Below, in pieces: positions 37,901 to 51,290 of a DNA stretch of 64,000 nt. Numbering within the stretch: the stretch's first letter is position 1; every line of letters starts with the position of its first letter. This DNA comes from the human T2T-CHM13v2.0 reference genome, Homo sapiens. The DNA lies in NCBI RefSeq assembly GCF_009914755.1, contig NC_060938.1; one strand, given 5' to 3'. The notes below the pieces were generated by a model. It was not told where the DNA came from, ran no database searches, and saw only the letters and a list, made by a program, of their open reading frames with translations. A program made the position numbers and the translations under genes.

Positions 37901-40399
37901 CTCTGCCTACGATGGCATTGTGACATATTTCTGCACTAATCATCCAAGTGATGTAACTCTTGTCTAAGATCTGCCTACATTAACTTTGTGACATAATCCT
38001 GTACTGATCATCCAGGTGATGGGGTTTTTGTCTAGGCTCTGCCTAAGGGGGCATTGTGACATATTTCTGCATTGATCACCCAGGTGGCGAACTCTTCTCT
38101 TGGATCTGCCTATGGGGGCATTGTGACAAATCTCTGCACTGATCACCCAGGTGTCGTAACTGCTGTGTAACCTCTGCCTACAGGGGAATTGTGAGAGATC
38201 TCGCCACTGATCACCCAAGTGATGTAACCATTGTCTAGGCTTTGCGTACAGGGGTCTTTGTGACATACCTTTGCACTGATCACACAGGTGATGTAACACA
38301 TCTAAGTTCGGCCTAAAGGAGCTTTGTGACTTATCTCTGCACTGATCAACCAGGTGATATAACCCCTGTATAGGCTCTGCCTACAGGGGACTTGTGACAT
38401 ATCTCTGCACGGATCACCCAGGTGATATAGCTCTTCTCTAGGATGTGCCTACAGGGTGCTTTGTGACATATCCCTGCACTGATCACCCAGGTGATCTAAC
38501 TCTGGTCTAAGCTCTTCCTAAAGGGGCATTGTGACAGATCTCTGCACTGATCACTCAGGTGATGTAACTGTTGTCTAGGCTCTGCTTCAAGGGGCCTTGT
38601 CACAAATCTCTGCACTGATCACCCAGGTGATGTAACTCTTGTCTAGGTTCTGTTTCCAACGCATATTGTGACATATCTATGCACTGATCACCTTAGTGAT
38701 GTAACACTTGTGTAGGCTCGGCCTACAGGGGAATCTTGACATATCTCTGCACTGTTAACCGAGGTGATTTAACTCTTCTTTAGGCTGTGCCCACAGGGGG
38801 ATTGAGACATATCTCTGCACTGATTCCGAGGTGATCCAACTCTTGCCTGGTCTCTGCCTACTGGGGACATTGTGACATATCTCTGCACTGATCTCCCTTC
38901 TGCTGCAACTTTAGTCTAGGCTCTGGCTACAAGCATTGTAACATATCAGTGCACTGATCACATAGGTGATATAACTCTTGTCTAGGCTCTGCCTACAATG
39001 GTCTTGTGACATATCTCTACACTGATCACCCAGGTGACGTAACTATTCTCTAGGATCTGACCACAGGGTGCTTTGTGACATATCCCTGCAATGATCACCC
39101 AGGTGATATACCACTTGCCAAGGCTCTGCCTACAGGGGCATTGCAATGTATCTCAGCACTGATCACCTAGGTCTTGTAACTCTTTTCTAGGATCTGCCTA
39201 CAGGGTGCTTTGTGACGTATCCCAGCAAGGATTACCCAGGTGATGTACCGCTCATCAAGGCTCTGCCTACAGGCACATTGCGATGTGTCTCTGCACTGAT
39301 CACCTAGGTCATGTAACCCTTGACTAGTCTCTGCCTACGATGGCATTGTGACATATTTCTGCACTAATCATCCAAGTGATGTAACTCTTGTCTAGGATCT
39401 GCCTACATTAACTTTGTGACATAATCCTGTACTGATCATCCAGGTGATGGGGTTTTTGTCTAGGCTCTGCCTAAGGGGACATTGTGACATATTTCTGCAT
39501 TGATCACCAAGGTGGCGAACTCTTCTCTTGGATCTGACTATGGGGGCATTGTGACAAATCTCTGCACTGATCACCCAAGTGTCGTAACTGTTTTGTAACC
39601 TCTGCCTACATGGGAATTGTGAGAGATCTCGCCAATGATCACCCAAGTGATGTAACCATTGTCTAGGCTTTGCGTACAGGGGGCTTTGTGACATACCTTT
39701 GCACTGATCACCCAGGTGATGTAACACATCTAAGTTCGGCCTAAAGGAGCTTTGTGACATATCTCTGCACTGATCTCTTAGGTGAAGTAACACTTTTATA
39801 AGCACTGCCTACAGGGAATTTTGACAAATCTGTACACTGATCACCTAGGTGATGTAACTCTTGTCTACCCTCTGTCCAACGGGGCATTGTGAAATATCTC
39901 TGCACTGATGACCCAGGTGATTCAACTCTTGACTAGGATCTGCCTACAGAGGTTATTGTGAAATATCTCTGCACTGATAAACTAGGTGGTGTAACCCTTG
40001 TCCAAGTTCTTCCTACAGGGGCGTTTTCACATATCCCTGAACTGATGACAAAGGTGATGTAAGTCTTGCCTAGGCTTTGCCTACAGGGGACATTGGACAT
40101 ATATCTGCACTCATCACCCAGGTGATGCAACTCTTGCCTAGGCTTTCCCTACAGGGGACATTGTGACATATCTCTTCAATGATCACCCATGTGATGCAAT
40201 TCTTGCCTAGGCTTGACCTACAGGGGACATTGTGACATATCTCTGCACTGATTTCCCAGGTGCTGTAACTTTAGGCTAGGCCCTGGCTACACGGCATTGT
40301 GACACATCTCTGCACTGATCTCTCAGGTGATATAACTGTTGTCTAGGCTCTGCTTCAAGGGGCCTTGTCACAAATCTCTGCACTGATCACCCAGGTGAT

Positions 40400-43300
40400 G
40401 TAACTCTTGTCTAGGCTCTGCTTCCAGGGCATATTGTGATATATCTATGCACTGATCACCTTAGTGATGTAACACTTGTGTAGGCTCGGCCTACAGGGGA
40501 ATCTTGACATATCTCTGCACTGTTAACCGAGGTGATTTAACTCTTCTCTAGGCTGTGCCCACAGGGGGATTGAGACATATCTCTGCACTGATCCCGAGGT
40601 GATCCAACTCTTGCCTGGTCTCTGCCTACTGGGGACATTGTGACATATCTCTGCACTGATCTCCCTTGTGCTGCAACTTTAGTCTAGGCTCTGGCTACAC
40701 GACATTGTGACATATCAGTGCACTGATCACATAGGTGATATAACTCTTGTCTAGGCTCTGCCTACAATGGTCTTGTGACATATCTCTGCACTGATCACCC
40801 AGGTGACATAACTATTCTCTAGGATCTGACCACAGGGTGCTTTGTGACATATCCCTGCAATGATCACCCAGGTGATATACCACTTGCCAAGGCTCTGCCT
40901 ACAGGGACATTGCAATGTATCTCAGCACTGATCACCTAGGTCTTGTAACTCTTTTCTAGGATCTGCCTACAGGGTGCTTTGTGACGTATCCCAGCAAGGA
41001 TTACCCAGGTGATGTACCGCTCATCAAGGCTCTGCCTACAGACACATTGCGATGTATCTCTGCACTGATCACCTAGGTCATGTAACCTTTGTCTAGTCTC
41101 TGCCTACGATGGCATTGTGACATATTTCTGCACTAATAATCCAAGTGATGTAACTCTTGTCTAGGATCTGCCTATATTAACTTTGTGACATAATCCTGTA
41201 CTGATCATCCAGGTGATGGGGTTTTTGTCTAGGTTCTGCCTAAGGGTGCATTGTAACATATATCTGCATTGATCACCCAGGTGGCGAAGTCTTCTCTTGG
41301 ATCTGCCTATGGGGGCATTGTGACAAATCTCTGCACTGATCACCCAGGTGTCGTAACTGTTGTGTAACCTCTGCCTACAGGGGAATTGTGAGAGATCTCG
41401 CCACTCATCACCCAGGTGATGTAACCATTGTCTAGGCTTTGCGTACAGTGGGCTTTGTGACATACCTTTGCACTGATCACCCAGGTGATGTAACACATCT
41501 AAGTTCGGCCTAAAGGAGCTTTGTGACATATCTCTGCACTGATCACTTAGGTGATGTAACACTTTTATAAGCACTGCCTACAGGGAATTTTGACAAATCT
41601 GTACACCGATCACCTAGGTGATGTAACTCTTGTCTACCCTCTGTCCAACGGGGCATTGTGAAATATCTCTGCACTGATGACCCAGGTGATTCAACTCTTG
41701 ACTAGGATCTGCCTACAGAGGTTATTGTGAAATATCTCTGCACTGATAAACAAGGTGGTGTAACCCTTGTCCAAGTTCTGCCTACAGGGGCGTTTTCACA
41801 TATCCCTGAACTGATGACAAAGGTGATGTAACTCTTGCCTAGGCTTTGCCTACAGGGGACATTGGACATATATCTGCACTGATCACCCAGGTGATGCAAC
41901 TCTTGCCTAGGCTTTGCCTACAGGGGACATTGTGACATATCTCTTCAATGATCACCCATGTGATGCAACTCTTGCCTAGGCTTTGCCTACAGGGGACATT
42001 GAGACATATCTCTGCACTGATTTCCCAGGTGCTGTAACTTTAGGCTAGGCTCTGGCTACACGGCATTGTGACATATCACTGCACTGATCAACCAGGTGAT
42101 ATAACCCCTGTATAGGCTCTGCCTACAGGGGGCTTGTGACATATCTCTGCACGGATCACCCAGGTGATATAGCTCTTCTCTAGTATCTGCCTACAGGGTG
42201 CTTTGTGACATATCCCTGCACTGATCACCCAGGTGATCTAACTCTGGTCTAAGCTCTTCCTAAAGGGGCATTGTGACACATCTCTGCACTGATCACTCAG
42301 GTGATGTAACTGTTGTCTAGGCTCTGCTTCAAGGGACCTTGTCACAAATCTCTGCACTGATCACCCAGGTGATGTAACTCTTGTCTAGGCTCTGCTTCCA
42401 GGGCACATTGTGACATATCTATGCACTGATCACCTTAGTGATGTAACACTTGTGTAGGCTCGGCCTACAGGGGAATCTTGACATATCTCTGCACTGTTAA
42501 CCGAGGTGATTTAACTCTTCTCTAGGCTGTGCCCATAGGGGGATTGAGACATATCTCTGCACTGATCCCGAGGTGATCCAACTCTTGCCTGGTCTCTGCC
42601 TACTGGGGACATTGTGACATATCTCTGCACTGATCTCCCTTGTGCTGCAACTTTCGTCTAGGCTCTGGCTACACGACATTGTGACACATCAGTGCACTGA
42701 TCACATAGGTGATATAACTCTTGTCTAGGCTCTGCCTACAATGGTCTTGTGACATATCTCTGCACTGATCACCCAGGTGACATAACTATTCTCTAGGATC
42801 TGACCACAGGGTACTTTGTGACATATCCCTGCAATGATCACCCAGGTGTTATACCACTTGCCAAGGCTCTGCCTACAGGGGCATTGCAATGTATCTCAGC
42901 ACTGATCACCTAGGTCTTGGAACTCTTTTCTAGGATCTGCCTACAGGGTGCTTTGTGACGTATCCCAGCAAGGATTACCCAGGTGATGTACCGCTCATCA
43001 AGGCTCTGCCTACAGGCACATTGCGATGTATCTCTGCACTGATCACCTAGGTCATGTAACCTTTGTCTAGTCTCTGCCTACGATGGCATTGTGACATATT
43101 TCTGCACTAATCATCCAAGTGATGTAACTCTTGTCTAGGATCTGCCTACATTAACTTTGTGACATAATCCTGTACTGATCATCCAGATGATGGGGTTTTT
43201 GTCTAGGCTCTGCCTAAGGGGGCATTGTGACATATTTCTGCATTGATCACCCAGGTGGCGAACTCTTCTCTTGGATCTGCCTATGGGGGCATTGTGACAA

Positions 43301-46300
43301 ATCTCTGCACTGATCACCCAGGTGTCGTAACTGTTGTGTAACCTCTGCCTACAGGGGAATTGTGAGAGATCTCGCCACTGATCACCCAAGTGATGTAACC
43401 ATTGTCTAGGCTTTGCGTACAGGGGGTTTGTGACATACCTTTGCACTGATCACCCAGGTGATGTAACACATCTAAGTTCGGCCTAAAGGAGCTTTGTGAC
43501 TTATCTCTGCACTGATCAACCAGGTGATATAACCCCTGTATAGGCTCTGCCTACAGGGGACTTGTGACATATCTCTGCACGGATCACCCAGGTGATATAG
43601 CTCTACTCTAGGATCTGCCTACAGGGTGCTTTGTGACATATCCCTGCACTGATCACCCAGGTGATCTAACTCTGGTCTAAGCTCTTCCTAAAGGGGCATT
43701 GTGACAGATCTCTGCACTGATCACTCAGGTGATGTAACTGTTGTCTAGGCTCTGCTTCAAGGGGCCTTGTCACAAATCTCTGCACTGATCACCCAGGTGA
43801 TGTAACTCTTTTCTAGGCTCTGCTTCCAGGGCATATTGTGACATATCTATGCACTGATCACCTTAGGGATGTAACACTTGTGTAGGCTCGGCCTACAGGG
43901 GAATTTGACATATCTCTGCACTGTTAACCGAGGTGATTTAACTCTTCTCCAGGCTGTGCCCACAGGGGGATTGAGACATATCTCTGCACTGATCCCGAGG
44001 TGATCCAACTCTTGCCTGGTCTCTGCCTACTGGGGACATTGTGACATATCTCTGCACTGATCTCCCTTGTGCTGCAAATTTAGTCTAGGCTCTGGCTACA
44101 CGACATTGTGACATATCAGTGCACTGATCACATAGGAGATATAAATCTTGTCTAGGCTCTGCCTAGAATGGTCTTGTGACATATCTCTGCACTGATCACC
44201 CAGGTGATATAACTATTCTCTAGGATCTGACCACAGGGTGCTTTGTGACATATCCCTGCAATGATCACCCAGGTGATATACCACTTGCCAAGGCTCTGCC
44301 TACAGGGGCATTGCAATGTATCTCAGCACTGATCACCTAGGTCTTGTAACTCTTTTCTAGGATCTGCCTACAGGGTGCTTTGTGACGTATTCCAGCAAGG
44401 ATTATCCAGGTGATGTACCGCTCATCAAGGCTCTGCCTACAGGCACATTGCGATGTATCTCTGCACTGATCACCTAGGTCATGTAACCTTTGTCTAGTCT
44501 CTGCCTACGATGGCATTGTGACGTATTTCTGCACTAATAATCCAAGTGATGTAACTCTTGTCTAGGATCTGCCTACATTAACTTTGTGACATAATCCTGT
44601 ACTGATCATCCAGGTGATGGGGTTTTTGTCTAGGCTCTGCCTAAGGGGGCATTGTGACATATCTCTGCATTGATCACCCAGGTGGCGAACTCTTCTCTTG
44701 GATCTGCCTATGGGGGCATTGTGACAAATCTCTGCACTGATCACCCAGGTGTCGTAACTGTTGTGTAACCTCTGCCTACAGGGGAATTGTGAGAGATCTC
44801 GCCACTGATCACCCAAGTGATGTAACCATTGTCTAGGCTTTGCGTACAGGGGTCTTTGTGACATACCTTTGCACTGATCACCCAGGTGATGTAACACATC
44901 TAAGTTCGGCCTACAGGAGCTTTGTGACATATCTCTGCACTGACCACTTAGGTGATGTAACACTTTTATAAGCACTGCCTACAGGGAATTTTGACAAATC
45001 TGTACACTGATCACCTAGGTGACGTAACTCTTGTCTACCCTCTGTCCAACGGGGCATTGTGAAATATCTCTGCACTGATGACCCAGGTGATTCAACTCTT
45101 GACTAGGATCTGCCTACAGAGGTTATTGTGAAATATCTCTGCACTGATAAACTAGGTGGTGTAACCCTTGGCCAAGTTCTGCCTACATGGGCGTTTTCAC
45201 GAATCCCTGAACTGATGACAAAGGTGATGTAACTCTTGCCTAGGCTTTGCCTACAGGGGACATTGGACATATATCTGCACTGATCACCCAGGTGATGCAA
45301 CTCCTGCCTAGGCTTTGCCTACAGGGGACATTGTGACATATCTCTGCACTGATTTCCCAGGTGCTGTAACTTTAGGCTAGGCTCTGGCTACACGGCATGG
45401 TGACATATCACTGCACTGATCAACCAGGTGATGCAACTCTTGCCTAGGCTTTGCCTACAGGGGACATTGTGACATATCTCTGCACTGATTTCCCAGGTGC
45501 TGTAACTTTAGGCTAGGCTCTGGCTACACGGCATGGTGACATATCACTGCACTGATCAACCAGGTGATATAACCACTGTAGAGGCTCTGCCTACAGGGGG
45601 CTTGTGACATATCTCTGCACGGATCACCCAGGTGATATAGCTCTTCTCTAGTATCTGCCTACAGGGTGCTTTGTGACATATCCCTGCACTGATCACCCAG
45701 GTGATCTAACTCTGGTCTAAGCTCTTCCTAAAGGGGCATTGTGACAGATCTCTGCACTGATCACTCAGGTGATGTAACTGTTGTCTAGGCTCTGCTTCAA
45801 GGGGCCTTGTCACAAATCTCTGCACTGATCACCCAGGTGATGTAACTCTTGTCTAGGCTCTGCTTCCAGGGCATATTGTGACATATCTATGCACTGATCA
45901 CCTTAGTGATGTAACACTTGTGTAGGCTCGGCCTACAGGGGAATCTTGACATATCTCTGCACTGTTAACCGAGGTGATTTAACTCTTCTCTAGGCTGTGC
46001 CCACAGGGGTATTGAGACATATCTCTGCACTGATCCCGAGGTGATCCAACTCTTGCCTGGTCTCTGCCTACTGGGGACATTGTGACATATCTCTGCACTG
46101 ATCTCCCTTGTGCTGCAACTTTAGTCTAGGCTCTGGCTACACGACATTGTGACATATCAGTGCACTGATCACATAGGTGATATAACTCTTGTCTAGGCTC
46201 TGCCTACAATGGTCTTGTGACATATCTCTGCACTGATCACCCAGGTGACATAACTATTCTCTAGGATCTGACCACAGGGTGCTTTGTGACATATCCCTGC

Positions 46301-49300
46301 AATGATCACCCAGGTGATATACCACTTGCCAAGGCTCTGCCTACAGGGACATTGCAATGTATCTCAGCACTGATCACCTAGGTCTTGTAACTCTTTTCTA
46401 GGATCTGCCTACAGGGTGCTTTGTGACGTATCCCAGCAAGGATTACCCAGGTGATGTACCGCTCATCAAGGCTCTGCCTACAGACACATTGCGATGTATC
46501 TCTGCACTGATCACCTAGGTCATGTAACCTTTGTCTAGTCTCTGCCTACGATGGCATTGTGACATATTTCTGCACTAATAATCCAAGTGATGTAACTCTT
46601 GTCTAGGATCTGCCTACATTAACTTTGTGACATAATCCTGTACTGATCATCCAGGTGATGGGGTTTTTGTCTATGTTCTGCCTAAGGGTGCATTGTAACA
46701 TATATCTGCATTGATCACCCAGGTGGCGAAGTCTTCTCTTGGATCTGCCTATGTGGGCATTGTGACAAATCTCTGCACTGATCACCCAGGTGTCGTAACT
46801 GTTGTGTAACCTCTGCCTACAGGGGAATTGTGAGAGATCTCGCCACTGATCACCCAGGTGATGTAACCATTGTCTAGGCTTTGCGTACAGTGGGCTTTGT
46901 GACATACCTTTGCACTGATCACCCAGGTGATGTAACACATCTAAGTTCGGCCTAAAGGAGCTTTGTGACATATCTCTGCACTGATCACTTAGGTGATGTA
47001 ACACTTTTATAAGCACTGCCTACAGGGAATTTTGACAAATCTGTACACCGATCACCTAGGTGATGTAACTCTTGTCTACCCTCTGTCCAACGGGGCATTG
47101 TGAAATATCTCTGCACTGATGACCCAGGTGATTCAACTCTTGACTAGGATCTGCCTACAGAGGTTATTGTGAAATATCTCTGCACTGATAAACAAGGTGG
47201 TGTAACCCTTGTCCAAGTTCTGCCTACAGGGGCGTTTTCACATATCCCTGAACTGATGACAAAGGTGATGTAATTCTTGCCTAGGCTTTGCCTACAGGGG
47301 ACATTGGACATATATCTGCACTGATCACCCAGGTGATGCAACTCTTGCCTAGGCTTTGCCTACAGGGGACATTGTGACATATCTCTTCAATGATCACCCA
47401 TGTGATGCAACTCTTGCCTAGGCTTTGCCTACAGGGGACATTGAGACATATCTCTGCACTGATTTCCCAGGTGCTGTAACTTTAGGCTAGGCTCTGGCTA
47501 CACGGCATTGTGACATATCACTGCACTGATCAACCAGGTGATATAACCCCTGTATAGGCTCTGCCTACAGGGGGCTTGTGACATATCTCTGCACGGATCA
47601 CCCAGGTGATATAGCTCTTCTCTAGTATCTGCCTACAGGGTGCTTTGTGACATATCCCTGCACTGATCACCCAGGTGATCTAACTCTGGTCTAAGCTCTT
47701 CCTAAAGGGGCATTGTGACACATCTCTGCACTGATCACTCAGGTGATGTAACTGTTGTCTAGGCTCTGCTTCAAGGGACCTTGTCACAAATCTCTGCACT
47801 GATCACCCAGGTGATGTAACTCTTGTCTAGGCTCTGCTTCCAGGGCACATTGTGACATATCTATGCACTGATCACCTTAGTGATGTAACACTTGTGTGGG
47901 CTCGGCCTACAGGGGAATCTTGACATATCTCTGCACTGTTAACCGAGGTGATTTAACTCTTCTCTAGGCTGTGCCCATAGGGGGATTGAGACATATCTCT
48001 GCACTGATCCCGAGGTGATCCAACTCTTGCCTGGTCTCTGCCTACTGGGGACATTGTGACATATCTCTGCACTGATCTCCCTTGTGCTGCAACTTTCGTC
48101 TAGGCTCTGGCTACACGACATTGTGACACATCAGTGCACTGATCACATAGGTGATATAACTCTTGTCTAGGCTCTGCCTACAATGGTCTTGTGACATATC
48201 TCTGCACTGATCACCCAGGTGACATAACTATTCTCTAGGATCTGACCACAGGGTACTTTGTGACATATCCCTGCAATGATCACCCAGGTGTTATACCACT
48301 TGCCAAGGCTCTGCCTACAGGGGCATTGCAATGTATCTCAGCACTGATCACCTAGGTCTTGGAACTCTTTTCTAGGATCTGCCTACAGGGTGCTTTGTGA
48401 CGTATCCCAGCAAGGATTACCCAGGTGATGTACCGCTCATCAAGGCTCTGCCTACAGGCACATTGCGATGTATCTCTGCACTGATCACCTAGGTCATGTA
48501 ACCTTTGTCTAGTCTCTGCCTACGATGGCATTGTGACATATTTCTGCACTAATCATCCAAGTGATGTAACTCTTGTCTAGGATCTGCCTACATTAACTTT
48601 GTGACATAATCCTGTACTGATCATCCAGATGATGGGGTTTTTGTCTAGGCTCTGCCTAAGGGGGCATTGTGACATATTTCTGCATTGATCACCCAGGTGG
48701 CGAACTCTTCTCTTGGATCTGCCTATGGGGGCATTGTGACAAATCTCTGCACTGATCACCCAGGTGTCGTAACTGTTGTGTAACCTCTGCCTACAGGGGA
48801 ATTGTGAGAGATCTCGCCACTGATCACCCAAGTGATGTAACCATTGTCTAGGCTTTGCGTACAGGGGGTTTGTGACATACCTTTGCACTGATCACCCAGG
48901 TGATGTAACACATCTAAGTTCGGCCTAAAGGAGCTTTGTGACTTATCTCTGCACTGATCAACCAGGTGATATAACCCCTGTATAGGCTCTGCCTACAGGG
49001 GACTTGTGACATATCTCTGCACGGATCACCCAGGTGATATAGCTCTACTCTAGGATCTGCCTACAGGGTGCTTTGTGACATATCCCTGCACTGATCACCC
49101 AGGTGATCTAACTCTGGTCTAAGCTCTTCCTAAAGGGGCATTGTGACAGATCTCTGCACTGATCACTCAGGTGATGTAACTGTTGTCTAGGCTCTGCTTC
49201 AAGGGGCCTTGTCACAAATCTCTGCACTGATCACCCAGGTGATGTAACTCTTTTCTAGGCTCTGCTTCCAGGGCATATTGTGACATATCTATGCACTGAT

Positions 49301-51290
49301 CACCTTAGGGATGTAACACTTGTGTAGGCTCGGCCTACAGGGGAATTTGACATATCTCTGCACTGTTAACCGAGGTGATTTAACTCTTCTCCAGGCTGTG
49401 CCCACAGGGGGATTGAGACATATCTCTGCACTGATCCCGAGGTGATCCAACTCTTGCCTGGTCTCTGCCTACTGGGGACATTGTGACATATCTCTGCACT
49501 GATCTCCCTTGTGCTGCAAATTTAGTCTAGGCTCTGGCTACACGACATTGTGACATATCAGTGCACTGATCACATAGGAGATATAAATCTTGTCTAGGCT
49601 CTGCCTAGAATGGTCTTGTGACATATCTCTGCACTGATCACCCAGGTGATATAACTATTCTCTAGGATCTGACCACAGGGTGCTTTGTGACATATCCCTG
49701 CAATGATCACCCAGGTGATACACCACTTGCCAAGGCTCTGCCTACAGGGGCATTGCAATGTATCTCAGCACTGATCACCTAGGTCTTGTAACTCTTTTCT
49801 AGGATCTGCCTACAGGGTGCTTTGTGACGTATTCCAGCAAGGATTATCCAGGTGATGTACCGCTCATCAAGGCTCTGCCTACAGGCACATTGCGATGTAT
49901 CTCTGCACTGATCACCTAGGTCATGTAACCTTTGTCTAGTCTCTGCCTACGATGGCATTGTGACATATTTCTGCACTAATAATCCAAGTGATGTAACTCT
50001 TGTCTAGGATCTGCCTACATTAACTTTGTGACATAATCCTGTACTGATCATCCAGGTGATGGGGTTTTTGTCTAGGCTCTGCCTAAGGGGGCATTGTGAC
50101 ATATCTCTGCATTGATCACCCAGGTGGCGAACTCTTCTCTTGGATCTGCCTATGGGGGCATTGTGACAAATCTCTGCACTGATCACCCAGGTGTCGTAAC
50201 TGTTGTGTAACCTCTGCCTACAGGGGAATTGTGAGAGATCTCGCCACTGATCACCCAAGTGATGTAACCATTGTCTAGGCTTTGCGTACAGGGGTCTTTG
50301 TGACATACCTTTGCACTGATCACCCAGGTGATGTAACACATCTAAGTTCGGCCTACAGGAGCTTTGTGACATATCTCTGCACTGACCACTTAGGTGATGT
50401 AACACTTTTATAAGCACTGCCTACAGGGAATTTTGACAAATCTGTACACTGATCACCTAGGTGACGTAACTCTTGTCTACCCTCTGTCCAACGGGGCATT
50501 GTGAAATATCTCTGCACTGATGACCCAGGTGATTCAACTCTTGACTAGGATCTGCCTACAGAGGTTATTGTGAAATATCTCTGCACTGATAAACTAGGTG
50601 GTGTAACCCTTGGCCAAGTTCTGCCTACATGGGCGTTTTCACGAATCCCTGAACTGATGACAAAGGTGATGTAACTCTTGCCTAGGCTTTGCCTACAGGG
50701 GACATTGGACATATATCTGCACTGATCACCCAGGTGATGCAACTCCTGCCTAGGCTTTGCCTACAGGGGACATTGTGACATATCTCTGCACTGATTTCCC
50801 AGGTGCTGTAACTTTAGGCTAGGCTCTGGCTACACGGCATGGTGACATATCACTGCACTGATCAACCAGGTGATGCAACTCTTGCCTAGGCTTTGCCTAC
50901 AGGGGACATTGTGACATATCTCTGCACTGATTTCCCAGGTGCTGTAACTTTAGGCTAGGCTCTGGCTACACGGCATGGTGACATATCACTGCACTGATCA
51001 ACCAGGTGATATAACCACTGTAGAGGCTCTGCCTACAGGGGGCTTGTGACATATGTCTGCACGGATCACCCAGGTGATATAGCTCTTCTCTAGTATCTGC
51101 CTACAGGGTGCTTTGTGACATATCCCTGCACTGATCACCCAGGTGATCTAACTCTGGTCTAAGCTCTTCCTAAAGGGGCATTGTGACAGATCTCTGCACT
51201 GATCACTCAGGTGATGTAACTGTTGTCTAGGCTCTGCTTCAAGGGGCCTTGTCACAAATCTCTGCACTGATCACCCAGGTGATGTAACTC
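40400..51290 (+). repeat. Tandem super-HOR of 5,442 bp (29+21+30 = 80 monomers), two copies; ends approximate
   Basis: Identical translated ORF pairs 42497/47939, 43135/48577, 44562/50004 and 45103/50545, all offset by 5,442. Confidence 0.88.
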
